Below, one piece after another: positions 13,200 through 25,484 of a stretch of DNA of 64,000 nucleotides. The DNA is from Octopus sinensis (lineage: Eukaryota). Position 1 is the first letter of the stretch. Every line of letters begins with the position of its first letter. The notes under the pieces are model-generated. The model made no database searches. It saw only the letters and a program-made list of their open reading frames with translations, and was not told where the DNA came from. The position numbers and the translations under genes were made by a program. The stretch spans positions 19,654,001 through 19,718,000 of the forward strand of contig NC_043004.1 in the NCBI RefSeq assembly GCF_006345805.1. Reading direction: 5' to 3'.

Positions 13200-13650
13200 C
13201 ACTGTGTGCTGTGAACCTAAAATTCTCAAGTTATATTTTTTACTCATTATATCTATATATATATATACGAACAAAACGCCCCATCCCGTCCAATGGACGG
13301 TGCTGAGTTGTCAAACATTTAAACCAAATTTTCTCAAGACAACTTGTCCGACCGTCCAATAGGCCTCCCTTTTGAGAAACACTGATTTAACCTAAATTTG
13401 AGACACCAGCAAAAGAAGAAATAAAGATAGACTTATTTCTATTCCAAAGAAATACGATTTCCCACGGCTTTATCGATCGCATTCTCACCTGGAATCGATT
13501 TTTGTAATTTCTTCAAGACTTATATACGCCCTGATACCGTCGGTATCTACATATCAAGTTTTGAGCGTAATCGGATGGAGGATACACGAGATCCTAGAAG
13601 ACACACACACATACAGACAGAACGGACTTTATATAAGAGATATTAAATAT
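13200..13650. mobile_element. non-autonomous repeat, Helitron/HINE-like (tentative)
   Basis: Ends ACACACATACAGACAGAACGGACTTTATATAAGAGAT, resembling the DINE/HINE-type 3' terminus; no coding capacity. Confidence 0.3.
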
Positions 13651-13929
13651 TTTGTTTTATATTTTTATGCATTTGTATTTATATCCTTCATATTTTTTAA
13701 ATATTTTCTCTTATTATATATATTTATATTCATATTCTTATTTTTATTTTTTATTTCCTTATATTTTTAAAGTTTGTATAGCATAAAAATTTGATGGCAA
13801 TTTATAATTATTAATTTTATTCATAAAATTCGTTATATGCTGCAACTTTATATTATCATAAATGTAATTATACGTTATCCCCTTATTTAATTGTATTTGA
13901 AATTTGTATCTAGCATTTATATATCAACA

Positions 13930-14615
13930 TACTTATATTTTGCTTTAACAGTATGAGTAAACTAAGGTAAAATCTTACTCCTTCAATTTATATCCTACCC
14001 ATAATCTTTTAAGAAGTATTCCTTGTAACTGTTCACTTTTCTTTCCCTTTAAGATGACAATCAAACGAAGCTTTATTCGCCAGCCTTATTCACTCTTCTC
14101 TTTCTATTAGCACCACTTCCCCATCAGACGCACTCCTTTACCACCCCATGGCCTACCCTTTTGGTGTTAATACAGCATGATGTAAAATTCCAAATTCTCG
14201 GACAGTAGAACGGTCTGTCATGATATTAATTAGTTTATAAATCTCTAAAGATCTAATTCTGGATGCTTTGCAGACTACATTCTCCCCATTGCCATCGATG
14301 AGTAGACAACGGGGTCACTACTCTCATTTATCCCTTCTCTCCCCACTCTAGCCTATGCTAATTTCTGGCTTGTCTGTCGCTTTACTTCCCTTTTTTCATT
14401 CTGCCTCAAATTTTAGTAACGGAATCATGAATATATGCTCTCTGTTGAGGATATGAATATGTTTAAATAACTAACTTGGCCTTTATACTTGAGGTTTATA
14501 CGGTCATGTGATGAGAACACTTCTTTGTAATGATGTAATGCTTTCATTGATCAATCAGAGGAGTCGCTTGAAACGGCCGTAATGAATTGATGTTTACACA
14601 TCCTTGTTGCTCATT

Positions 14616-14620
<5 letters not shown>
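13930..14620. repeat. right arm of a ~600-bp inverted repeat (partner at 12547-13150)
   Basis: Matches the left arm as above and carries a ~45-bp extra segment near 14150-14195. Confidence 0.85.
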
Positions 14621-14659
<39 letters not shown>

Positions 14660-14660
14660 G

Positions 14661-14963
14661 TATGTATATAAGTTCAGCAAAATTTAGATTCAAATGAATA
14701 TGGTACTTAAGTTAGATGCACCAGAATTTTGTATGGTGTTATCCATATAAATCCATTGGGTGATTATAATCAAAATTAGCAAGAAGAATAACTTCGGTAA
14801 TTTGGTATTACCAAAATTATGTATTAATGGAAAACATCTATTAATGGCTAATAAATGCTCAACATTTTAAAACTGTTGTAATACTTACAACATTTAATAA
14901 AATGATGTAGCGTGAAACGATCGTACCAAATTACTGAAGTTATTCTTGTTGCTTATTTTGATT

Positions 14964-14966
<3 letters not shown>
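14661..14966. mobile_element. MITE-like repeat; a related copy lies at 31640-31890
   Basis: AGTTCAGCAAAATTTAGATTCA...GGTACTTAAGTT...GCACCAGAATTTTGTATGG is the reverse complement of 31800-31890; internal inverted repeats at 14765-14810 and 14922-14966. Confidence 0.7.
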
Positions 14967-15429
<463 letters not shown>

Positions 15430-17299
15430 TTGTATAATAAAAAAGCAGTCGAAAAAGGGTGGAGAAGGATATGGGAATATCAAAGAGAATTATGTAAGTA
15501 AACGAAAATAAATTATTGAATGAAAGACTACTAAATTTTCACAAAACCAATTTTGTATAGAAAAAAATGTGTAATGGCTGCATTAGTTTGTGCATGGCTA
15601 GACATAATGGAATAAAATTCAAATACGTACACATACACATGCAGATAGATGAGGGTAAATGTTATGTTTTTTCATAGACACATAGGGAGTGCGAGATAAC
15701 TCGGAGAATGGGAGAGAGAATATTGTTTCATGCGTGAAAAATATTTCTTACACAGGTAAAAATTGTTTGTTGAATAGTCAAAGAAATACGTTCCATCAAG
15801 AGTTGATATAATTTTTGTACAAATAGATCATGTGAATTTGTAGGAAAGGTAATATAAATTGGGAAGTAGTGTGTGAAAGTAAGAGATGAGACGCGTGAAA
15901 TAACAATGAAAAATATTATTTGAACATACATATGTCTAAGATAAATTTTAATATACGTACATAATTATAAATATGTGTGCATAATCTTTCTGTAAGCATT
16001 TATGAATATAAATACATATATATACATACAAATATATTTACATGGTGATGAAACTACGACAAACGGACACTCGAGTCACCAACTGTCCATCCACATACAT
16101 GCATACAGCATACACAAACACACACACATACGCACACGCACACACACACACACACAGATGTACATATATTTATGCATGTGTAAATATTTATGTTCAAAAA
16201 GTCTAATATCAAGCGACAGTTTATAATTTACTTATACAAAAGCAGGAAGACAACGATATCAAAAGATTTTGTGGCAATGCGAAAAAAATTTCTTATGTTT
16301 TGCTTCTTTCAAATATATGAATTTGTCAGGACTATGGAAACTAAATATGTGAAATATATATTTTTATTGAGAATAATGTTTACTGAGTCTGAAAAATATT
16401 TCTTTTATTATTCAAGACATCCAAACTAACTGGGTCAAAGTTTTCATTTAATATTTCAAAATCTGTCTTTAGCATTTATTGTCAGATTAGTAAATTTAGA
16501 TTAAGTCCCATAATGAAAAAGAAAAACAAATTTAAGTAGAAATGAAAAAAAATCACGACTTATACTTTTGCAGAGTGAATCCATCGATTCATCGATCCAT
16601 CCATAAATACATACACACAAACATCTCACTCACACACACACAGGTGCGCAAAAACACACACACATACCCACTCACACACATACCCACTCTCATGCGCGCG
16701 CACACACACACATACTCAGTCATACGCACACACACACATACTGGAATATATATATTGCAATACATCTAATTTAATGGAATTTAGTTGCGGCTAGGGTAAA
16801 TTTTAGCTTCATATGTTTCTTCAAACATGAAATTTATGCTGTTAAATGAAAGTTTTAATCTTACAAACACCTCCACACACTACACACACCGTCGCGCAGT
16901 GTGGCATATTTTTGGCAATTGTCTCTTACTAAAGCCACTGCTCGACGCGCTCAAACCTTAGTGATTGAGTTTAGTACCGGGGGTAAGAACGTCATACACA
17001 CAAATATAGAACAAAAATAGTCAGAAGACATGTGATAAATATATCTATTTCACCAGTTGGTACCCATAGGCTAACGGCCGTTTCGCAACCAACATAATGT
17101 AAAATTAATTTACTTCAGTGTATAATATATTATCTTACATGACTGCTCTAGTAACTATGCTGTAAATTGCATATTACATATCAATACAGATATAGAAGAC
17201 TAGCTTATCAGATTGACAAATTATCATGGTTTCATCCATTTTTCAGCTCCAGTCGGAAATAAAATTTTCTATTTGCTCCTCCCTGTTTGCTTCCCTTCT

Positions 17300-18900
17300 C
17301 AGCAGTTCCACCGCTCCTCAAGTTAAAGAACAACGAATTCTCTCGTACTGCTGTAAGTTGCGGTATACATCTGCTAAAATGCAGCCAAACAAGTTTAGCA
17401 TATAAAAGTAAATTTCGTAGGGCACATCAGCAAAACCAAGCGATTTGCTTCCCAGCATCGCATTCCGTATTTCCACGGCTGTTATCGGCATTTCGCAACG
17501 CCCCATACCGTCTTGACGAGAGTCGTAGCTTGCTGTCGAGTTAGACACTGAAGTCTATCCATCTGTATGCCGGACTGCCATCCGTCCCATAGAGTTGGGT
17601 ACCACACACATTTGCTCAGGGTCGAGTATCGCTCAAAGACATCTTCCTCATTTGTTCGTATCTGCCTGTTGTTTGTGTTGCTGTATTATTGCTCTTGTTT
17701 CTTTTCTTGGCCCTGCTAACCGTTTGCCATTTAGGCTCTTCACCACTCCTTCATTACAGATGATTGCGGATTGTCCAAAAGAGGGAGGAGTATGTCTTGG
17801 GGAGGTTTTTGGTCTTTTGTTGACGGAGCTGATGTTGTTTTGTGGTTTTCTGATTCTCTTGCTGATGTTGGTGGTGGGTAACTGCTGCTGCTGCTGTGGA
17901 TGTTGCAGTAATTGTTGTTGCTGCTGCTTTTGCAGCTGTTACTTTCCTCTTGCTGATGATGTTGTGGCCACCTGATGCTGTTGTTCCTAACTTTGCTGCT
18001 TTTGTCGTTGTTGTTTTTGTTGTGGTGGTGGTGTTGACGGGGCGAAGTGTTGGTTTCCTTAGCTGTGGGCAAAATGCTTTGAGGCGGTTTATGTCCCCGT
18101 ACAGTTGATAGTTCTACCTTCTGTTCCCAACAGCCACGTGACACTTTGTGCTATCCGCTAGGGTTCTGAAAACCAGACTGACCTTGACACTTGATAATCT
18201 GCATGTGTTAGGAACTACATACACTGTTCTAACCAGTTCTACTTCTGTATTTTCTGATTCAGCAGAGAATCTTTTATGTTAAACAGAACTGCTGTGGCCA
18301 ACCAGTAAATGCTGATTTCTGGTGGCATATTTAATATTCTTATTTTAGACACCACCCTTCGGCCAAGGTAAATGGGGTGGGGAGGATTCGTCACTTGTTA
18401 GAGTCGTTGTTGAATGACTTTTCGTCTTTTCATCTAAAGTGGATCTCACAATTCCATATTTGTTCCCCAAGCTATATAAGTTATGCTTCTCCAAATTTGT
18501 CGCAGACATTCTCTATCTGCTATTGTGTCGCCTGTTTCATTCTTCTACTTTTTGTTCTAATTGTTTTCTATAGAACTATCCGCAAATTAATTCCTTGCTG
18601 GACAGATCTAGGGTCATTCAGTGCCATATGTCACCCACATTTTGCTTTTTTAATTTCACTTCTATTTATAAACTTGCCGCATCTCGTCGGCGAAACCGCC
18701 AACAGCCGATTGCATGATTCGTTTTCCTTGTTCTTGTTTTTGTTTCGCTAGTAATGTTGGTGGTGGTGGGTTTGCTGTTGCCACTGGCGGTGGTGGTGGA
18801 GTTGGAAGTCTTCTCACTAGTGTTGTTATTACTTTTTGTGGATCTTTTCTATTTGGTTGCCAGCGGCTCCTAGCATCAATTTTCTGTACGAATTGATTTT
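17300..18900 (-). mobile_element. Tx1/L1-clade LINE, internally deleted (ORF1 remnant plus ORF2 fragment)
   Basis: ORF1-like YLGRRVVSKIRILNMPPEI (~18300-18375) is followed by a low-complexity N/Q/S region. ORF2-like PITAVEIRNAM..SKSLGFADVPYEIY...LFGCILADVY (17318-17548) corresponds to the KSPG.DGLPYEFY motif. Confidence 0.7.
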
Positions 18901-19930
18901 ATATGCAGTGTACTCATACACATTTATAGGCTAATTAATAACAGTAATTTTCGATATAAATCAATACATTAGGAGTGAGTTATCAGTAATTAAAGTTTGA
19001 AAATTTTGGTAATTTTAGCCAATTGTAAGCCACAGACACATGCACAGCAGTTTCGATAGTTAGAAGTGGAACATGAGAACTCTTTTGTCTCACCACGTGC
19101 CTGTTGTCATAGTAAGAATCGAATCCGAGCAGTCTTTGAAATGTTTATTATCTGCGTGGAAGCACGTGTTGACAAATTTGATGCTGTGTTCTGTGTTCTG
19201 TGTGATTATGCCAGCAAGTTCCAGTAACTTCGCTTCTATAATGGAAACATTGAAAACAGGAGGATATTTTTAAAATTAAAACCGAAAGTTAAATGTTTGT
19301 TTTGTAAGCATAGTTAGGTTGTAATTAAACATTTAAATTGTTTGTTTAATGTTTTTTTTTTTTGGCATTCAGTATTGAGGTAGTTGGGAGGTATGCTAAA
19401 AATAACAGCTAAATAAGATTTTTGTTTGGATAAATCTTTTTAATTAGAGTTTATTTGCCAGTATCTCGCTCAGAGATTTTAAATTAGCTGTTTTTCTCTT
19501 TTAAATCAACATAAATATTTTCATGTGAAAGAAAATTACCGGAGAACTTTCATCGAATTCTTGTAAATCTTTCTGGTAAAAATTGTAATGTGTTTATCGC
19601 ATGTAACATTGTTTATCGCATTTACATTAAACACTGGTGGTAGTGATATGTGCTAAAAATAACAGTTAAATAAGATTTATTTACAAGAAAGAAAATTCCC
19701 GGAGACATAACACGTGTTCTGTACAAATATTGTCAACACGTGCTATTTTCAGGATATTGACGACAAAATGTGCAGTCCCGCATAAAATGACAGCTTCCAA
19801 ATTCTGTTTCCTGACTGGGTGAAAATGATCAAATTTCAAGCCTCTATAACTGGAAAAAATGAAATAACTCCAGTAATTCAGTTTGGGCAAGTGTATTATT
19901 GTACCAAATTTTAAAAATTGCGGTAAACTT
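18900..19930. mobile_element. non-autonomous DNA-type repeat (MITE-like)
   Basis: Internal inverted motif AGCACGTGTTGACAA (19160) vs TTGTCAACACGTGCT (19730), internal direct repeat TGCTAAAAATAACAG(C/T)TAAATAAGATTT (19393, 19650) and inverted-like ends. Confidence 0.45.
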
Positions 19931-20169
19931 TAGTTTTTGGAGCTGCTGGCAACCAAACAGAAAAGATCTCATTTTGTTGTTATCGATCACTTTTGTTGTA
20001 CCTTCGTTAGCAGTGCTGAGATTTTTAGCAATGTAAAGTTACTTTCAGACATATCTCGTACTGAGTTGTTGTTGTTGATATTGTCGTTGCTGCTACTGTC
20101 ACATACTTTTACAATTTCGTTTTTCTGTTCAGCAGATAAGTGACTCTTCTTTGCAGAAGACTAGCAATC

Positions 20170-20570
20170 ATAATCGCGCTAACGATTCTGCCAAGCTCGC
20201 CGCCTCATAACCCTTTATACTATAGGCACACAGCCTGAAAATTTGGTGGGAGGGGGATAGTCGATTACATAGACCTAATTGCTCAACTGGTATTCATTTA
20301 ATCGACTCCGAAAGGAGGAAAGACAAAGTCGACCTCAGCGGAATTTGAACTCAGCACGTGAAGAAGGACGAAATACTACAAAGAATTTTGCCCGGCGTAT
20401 TAATGATTCCGCCTGCTCGCCGCTTCGCTGCCCGCCTTATAATAATAAAGGTTTCAAATTTTTGCACAAGGTCAGAAATTTTGTGGGAGGAGTAAGTCAA
20501 TTGCATTGTACCCAGTGTTTATAACTGTTACTTATATTATGCCCGGCGTGCTAATAATTCTGTTAGATAC
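20170..20570 (-). mobile_element. cluster of SINE family B fragments
   Basis: CTCGCCGCCT, GGAATTTGAACTCAG and GCTAACGATTCTG are reverse-complement motifs of family B. Confidence 0.7.
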
Positions 20571-20619
20571 ATGTTATATTATGTTTACTTCCAGCTTAGA
20601 TATAAAATAAAATAAAAAA

Positions 20620-21393
20620 ATAATATTGAGAACAAAACTCAATAGATAACATGATTAAAATGTTACTTTTTTCGAACAACGAAAGAAACAACAAAGAAAC
20701 GAGACACGCAATATAAAGAATATTCCTCTTCATCAGTTGTCCTTGTTTTTTCTACTCTGTGTTCCGAAGGCAAGGACAATACGCGACTTCGTTGAAACAG
20801 TCCTTCCCGCAAAGCAAATTAAAAAGAACAGGACAGTGAGAACCAGATAGTAAATACAAACGGTGAGGGCTGTTAAGCCAAGACGATAAAATAATTATTA
20901 TGAACGCAAGGAAGACGAACTCATGAGAAGAGGCAGGTATAAGCACGTGTTGCCTTTAGGAAGGATATGGGCAGAAAGATAGATTCCCTTTCGTCACGTG
21001 TCAGCGAAGAGAAGTGTCAAGGAGGAAGAGTGAGAGAGAGAACGGTGAAGAGGAGAGGAGAATAGGGAAGGGGGGGAAGAGAAAACAAAAAAGGATGAAG
21101 AACAAGAGAGGAAGAGAGACAGACAGAGAAGAGATAGTAGAGATAGAAGAAGAGTGCACATCATAATTATCAAGATTAAACTTACTTGGAAAAGGATGCG
21201 TGACGTTCGATCATATAATAATAAAAATAATATATAAGCATATATACATACATATATGCACATACCTACACACACATATATATACATGCATATATGGGTA
21301 CAGGACATGATAAAAACGTTGAACACAATAAGAAGCGAAAACATAAAAACAAAAACATAGAAAACGAACTGTTTTTCGAACAACGAAAGAACA
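20620..21393. mobile_element. non-coding repeat with partial terminal direct repeats (Penelope pLTR-like, tentative)
   Basis: TTTTTCGAACAACGAAAGAA occurs at ~20667 and ~21371. TTCATCAGTTGTC (minus-strand CTGATGA) is at 20730 and also at 22445. Confidence 0.4.
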
Positions 21394-21394
21394 A

Positions 21395-22296
21395 ACAGGT
21401 ACGGACCGTCAGACCCTTACGCAAATTATTAGAAAGGATCACAAAATTACAGCTTTCAAAACTATTGCAGAGTTTAGTGACCACCTCGAGAACACAGTTT
21501 CCACAAAAACTGTTCGCCGGGAGCTGCATAAAGCCGGATTTCACGGGAGGACTGCAATCATAAAACCATTACTTTCAAAAACAAACGTTGCAAAGCGTTT
21601 AGAGTGAATTAAAAACCTATAGAATCGGTCCTTAGAGCAGTGGAAGAATGTTATTCGCTCGGACGAGACATCCTTTACCTTATTTCCGACCACAGGCCGA
21701 GTATACGTGTGGAGACAGCCAAAAGAAGCATTTGACCCAGACTGCCTTCTTCCAACAGTTAAACATGGAGGAGGATCTGTAATGATCTGGGGTGTGGACA
21801 ATATATTGGAAATCTGCCGGCCCAATGGTTTCCCTTCATGGCAGAATTAATAGTCAAGACTATTTAAGCATTTTATCTCATCAAATTCATCTTGTGGTTG
21901 CGGAACTGTTTCAGGAGGGAAACGCAATCTTTCAGGATTATAATGCACCAATTCACACAGCTAAAGTTGTTACTGAATGGCACAAGGAACATTCTAGTTA
22001 AGCTGAACATCTATCTGGCCACCACAGTCCCCAGATTTCAATATCATTGAACATTTATGGTGCATTTTAGAAAAACAAGTAAGGAGTTGATATTCTCCAC
22101 CATCATCACTACAAGAACTGTAGCTGAAGAATAGACAAATATTCCTTTGGAAACAATTTAAACTTTGTACGAGTCCATACCTCGTAGAATTGAAACTGTA
22201 TTGAAATTGATTACTGCTAAAGAGGCGGTCCTACCCTATATTAAAATAAATTTGTTTGAAATTTTAAAGTGTTTCCATTATTTTGTCCAACCCCTG
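21395..22296 (+). mobile_element. Tc1-family DNA transposon (DD34E), 5'-truncated, inactive
   Basis: Transposase motifs VIRSDETSF, IFQDYNAPIH and WPPQSPDFNIIEHLW. Right TIR GTTTCCATTATTTTGTCCAACCCCTG followed by TA at 22297-22298. Confidence 0.92.
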
Positions 22297-22582
22297 TATA
22301 TATATGCATATATGGACGCAGGATGTAACAAAATGTAAACAGCATGAAATACGAAAACAACATGATATATGAAGGTAAACCTGGATATGTGATCAACGCG
22401 AGAAACAAATGGAAAACAAAAAAAGCAACATAAATAACGATCCTTCATCAGTTGTCGTATACACACACGCACTTCGTAAAAAATGTTAAATATATCATGA
22501 TAAACTGGTTTATTTGTACATGTGCGTGTGTGCACGTATGTGTTTGTGTGCACATATGTGTGTATGTGCACGTATGTGTGTA

Positions 22583-22614
<32 letters not shown>

Positions 22615-23496
22615 ACACAGTAAAATTCAAATTTCAGGGTGTTATATCATATGACGATCAGTTAATTACCATTAGCTACGATTTCATTTCCGTGATAATA
22701 GAAAATTTATTGGAAAGTGTTATCAAATGTCTCACTTCATATAAACGGTCACACCGCACTAAAACAGACGAGGAAACGGTTAAACCACCTCTAGGTCACC
22801 TTTGAGTAAGATGCATTGGTAGATTCATAGCAAGCTGTGGCGAAGAAGTGCAATACTTTTAGATAGATAACTGTATGGAAGTATAGAACTCGAAATAGAG
22901 AGAGGAAGTGAAAGCATAAAAAGAAACAGTAAGAGGAGATAGAATGATATATAGGAAGATACAGACGAACCTATTGTGGAGGGAAATAAGCTGATTAATA
23001 GTTATTAAAGTTTTACGAAAATTGTAGTAGAAAGTACATTCGATATTTCCTCTCCTTCTGGCAACGACAGATAAGTATTTTGTTCAAACTGGCGAGGTAT
23101 GGCACACAGTGTTAATGATTAACGATATACATGCTAATGTTAATTAGAAAAATAGTAAAGAACGAAAGAACCGTGAATATCAGTATAGAGATGTAGTTGA
23201 TTACATTAGAAGCAACTGAAACAAATGTCAGAAAGTTATGCTTTTTCAAAATAACTAGATTGTGTGTAACTAAATTTTCGTATACTCTTTACTAAAGAGA
23301 AAACTTTTAAACTGCAGTTCAAGAACAGAATTATATTATAAATATGTCAAAGCATATAAATTAGAATAATTTTTAAAAATGTGGCATCGTAATTTTGGAA
23401 AGACAGACACTAGAATTCTTAACTTAGTTGCTAATAACAATCATATACACTTGTTCTATTTCAATTCTTTTAGTATTATTATTATTATTATTATTA

Positions 23497-23533
<37 letters not shown>

Positions 23534-23543
23534 TATTATTATT

Positions 23544-24366
23544 GTGAAGTATATTTGCCATCTCAATATGGCTAACCACTAAGGGTGGATGTTACTGTAG
23601 CTTGTAGCCCCAGAAGAACATCTTCTCCAGCTGGCTATTGACACACTTTCTGTGACCTATCGGTATTTGCAAAGGGAAGCCATCCTTCCCATCGTCAACC
23701 TAAGTGATACGCACAGAATGCAGCTTCTGGGTAGTGACCCGTCATCAGCGCACGGCCATCACCGGTTTTCGATGGAAGGGTCCCAATGCAAATATTTATA
23801 TCCTTTTTTCCAGTGACTTTTCGTCACTGATCTTGAAAAAGTGTATACAAGCAATAATAAATCTCTGAACGTAGGTATAGACAGTAACTGCACGACATTG
23901 TGAAGTGTATTTGCCATCTCAATATGGCTAACCACTAAGGGTGGATGTTACTGTAGCTTGTAGCCCCAGAAGAACATCTTCTCCAGCTGGCTATTGACAC
24001 ACTTTCTGTGACCTATCGGTATTTGCAAAGGGAAGCCATCCTTCCCATCGTCAACCTAAGTGATACGCACAGAATGCAGCTTCTGGGTAGTGACCCGTCA
24101 TCAGCGCACGGCCATCACCGGTTTTCGATGGAAGGGTCCCAATGCAAATATTTATATCCTTTTTTCCAGTGACTTTTCGTCACTGATCTTGAAAAAGTGT
24201 ATACAAGCAATAATAAATCTCTGAACGTAGGTATAGACAGTAACTGCACGACATTGTGAAGTGTATTTGCCATCTCAATATGGCTAACCACAAAGGGTGA
24301 ATGTTACTGTAGCTTGTAGTCCCAGGAGAACATCTTCTCCAGCTGGCTATTGACACACTTTCTGTG
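23544..24366. repeat. tandem repeat, 356-bp unit, about 2.3 copies
   Basis: GTGAAGT(A/G)TATTTGCCATCTC starts at 23544, 23900 and 24256. Confidence 0.95.
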
Positions 24367-24440
24367 TGCAACAAAATTAAAACCTCCAGAATCTGTCTCT
24401 CCAAAATTACGATGTCTTTTTCTTTATAATTCTAATTCTA

Positions 24441-24521
<81 letters not shown>
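24441..24521. repeat. (ATT)n microsatellite
   Basis: Direct inspection. Confidence 0.95.
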
Positions 24522-24525
<4 letters not shown>

Positions 24526-24699
24526 TGAGTGATTATTATTTAGCATTTGATAGTTTCAGGCAGATTCCTACTGCATCACTTGCTACACCACCGTGTTGTT
24601 GGGCGTGTATGCAAGCATCGTTTGCTCTTTTTGTTTTTGGGGGAGTACAAACTCTTCGCGGTATTATATTGCGTCACTTTTCTATGCAATGCTTTCCGG

Positions 24700-25005
24700 T
24701 CTGTAGAGTACATGTGGTGGATGTTTATTTTATTGGATTTTTACTATACAAAAGGTCACTTGTGTTTGTGGACCGTTTTGTTTGTGTTGTATTATTGAAT
24801 TGATAGTGTTTTGTGTAGGATATGGACTGTTCCGAACTGGGTAATTTCTTTGGATAGTGTGTAGTGTTGAGGGTCCAGATATAGTTTTTACGTTTTAGTT
24901 CATATTTTTTTATCATACCCAAGGCTCCAATTGTTACTGGTATTGTTGTCACATCTTGAATACTTTAATTTCGAAGTCTTTGTACTTTGGAAGTTTTCCC
25001 ACTTA
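24700..25005 (-). mobile_element. R4/Dong-like (RLE-type) LINE 3' end
   Basis: KLPKYKDFEIKVFKM / TIPVTIGALGMI is the C-terminal restriction-like endonuclease tail (K..KY.DL.IE...W....IPVVIGALG). Confidence 0.8.
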
Positions 25006-25044
25006 TTTTGGTCAGAATCCGCCTTCGCCTCCCTTTCTTCCACT

Positions 25045-25052
25045 TCTTCTTC

Positions 25053-25084
<32 letters not shown>

Positions 25085-25196
25085 CTTCTTCTTCTTCTTC
25101 TTCTTCTTCTTCTTCTTCATCTCTTCCTCCTCTTCCTCCTCCTTCTCCTCCCCATCCTCCTCCTTCTTTTCCTCCTCCTCCTCATTATTATTATTA

Positions 25197-25245
<49 letters not shown>
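25045..25245. repeat. compound (CTT)n-(CCT)n-(ATT)n microsatellite
   Basis: Direct inspection. Confidence 0.95.
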
Positions 25246-25246
<1 letters not shown>

Positions 25247-25400
25247 GCGCTATTTCGTCTGCCGCTATGTTCAAATTCCGTCGAGGTCAACTTTGTCTTT
25301 CTTCCTTTCGGGGTCCTTAAATTAAAAACCATTTACGCACTGGGGTCGATATAAACGTCTGATCCTCTCCCACCAAGTTTTAGACCTTTTGATTATAGTA
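25245..25400 (+). mobile_element. SINE family B fragment
   Basis: TATTTCGTCTGCCGCTATGTTCAAATTCCGTCGAGGTCAACTTTG. Confidence 0.7.
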
Positions 25401-25445
25401 AAAAGTATCATCATCATCATCATCATCATCGTTATCGTCGTCGTC

Positions 25446-25484
<39 letters not shown>

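Noticed and set aside
19094-19235. Apparent 142-bp minus-strand exon with strong acceptor, GTGAGA donor and open frame AKLLELAGIITQNTEHSIKFVNTCFHAD...
   Set aside because: It lies inside the 18.9-19.9 kb repeat; its CAAATTTGTCAACACGTGCT motif is the inverted partner of 19726-19745, indicating MITE sub-terminal repeats.
19686-19854. Apparent minus-strand exon YRGLKFDHFHPVRKQNLEAVILCG...
   Set aside because: Same repeat element; weak donor; phase-incompatible with the neighbouring candidate.
23720-23750. Hammerhead core CTGATGA in the 356-bp unit; also an HDV-like P1 (GGATGTT/AACATCT)
   Set aside because: GAAG instead of GAAA with no stem I/III; the HDV-like fold lacks the P1.1 GG and the P3/L3 elements.
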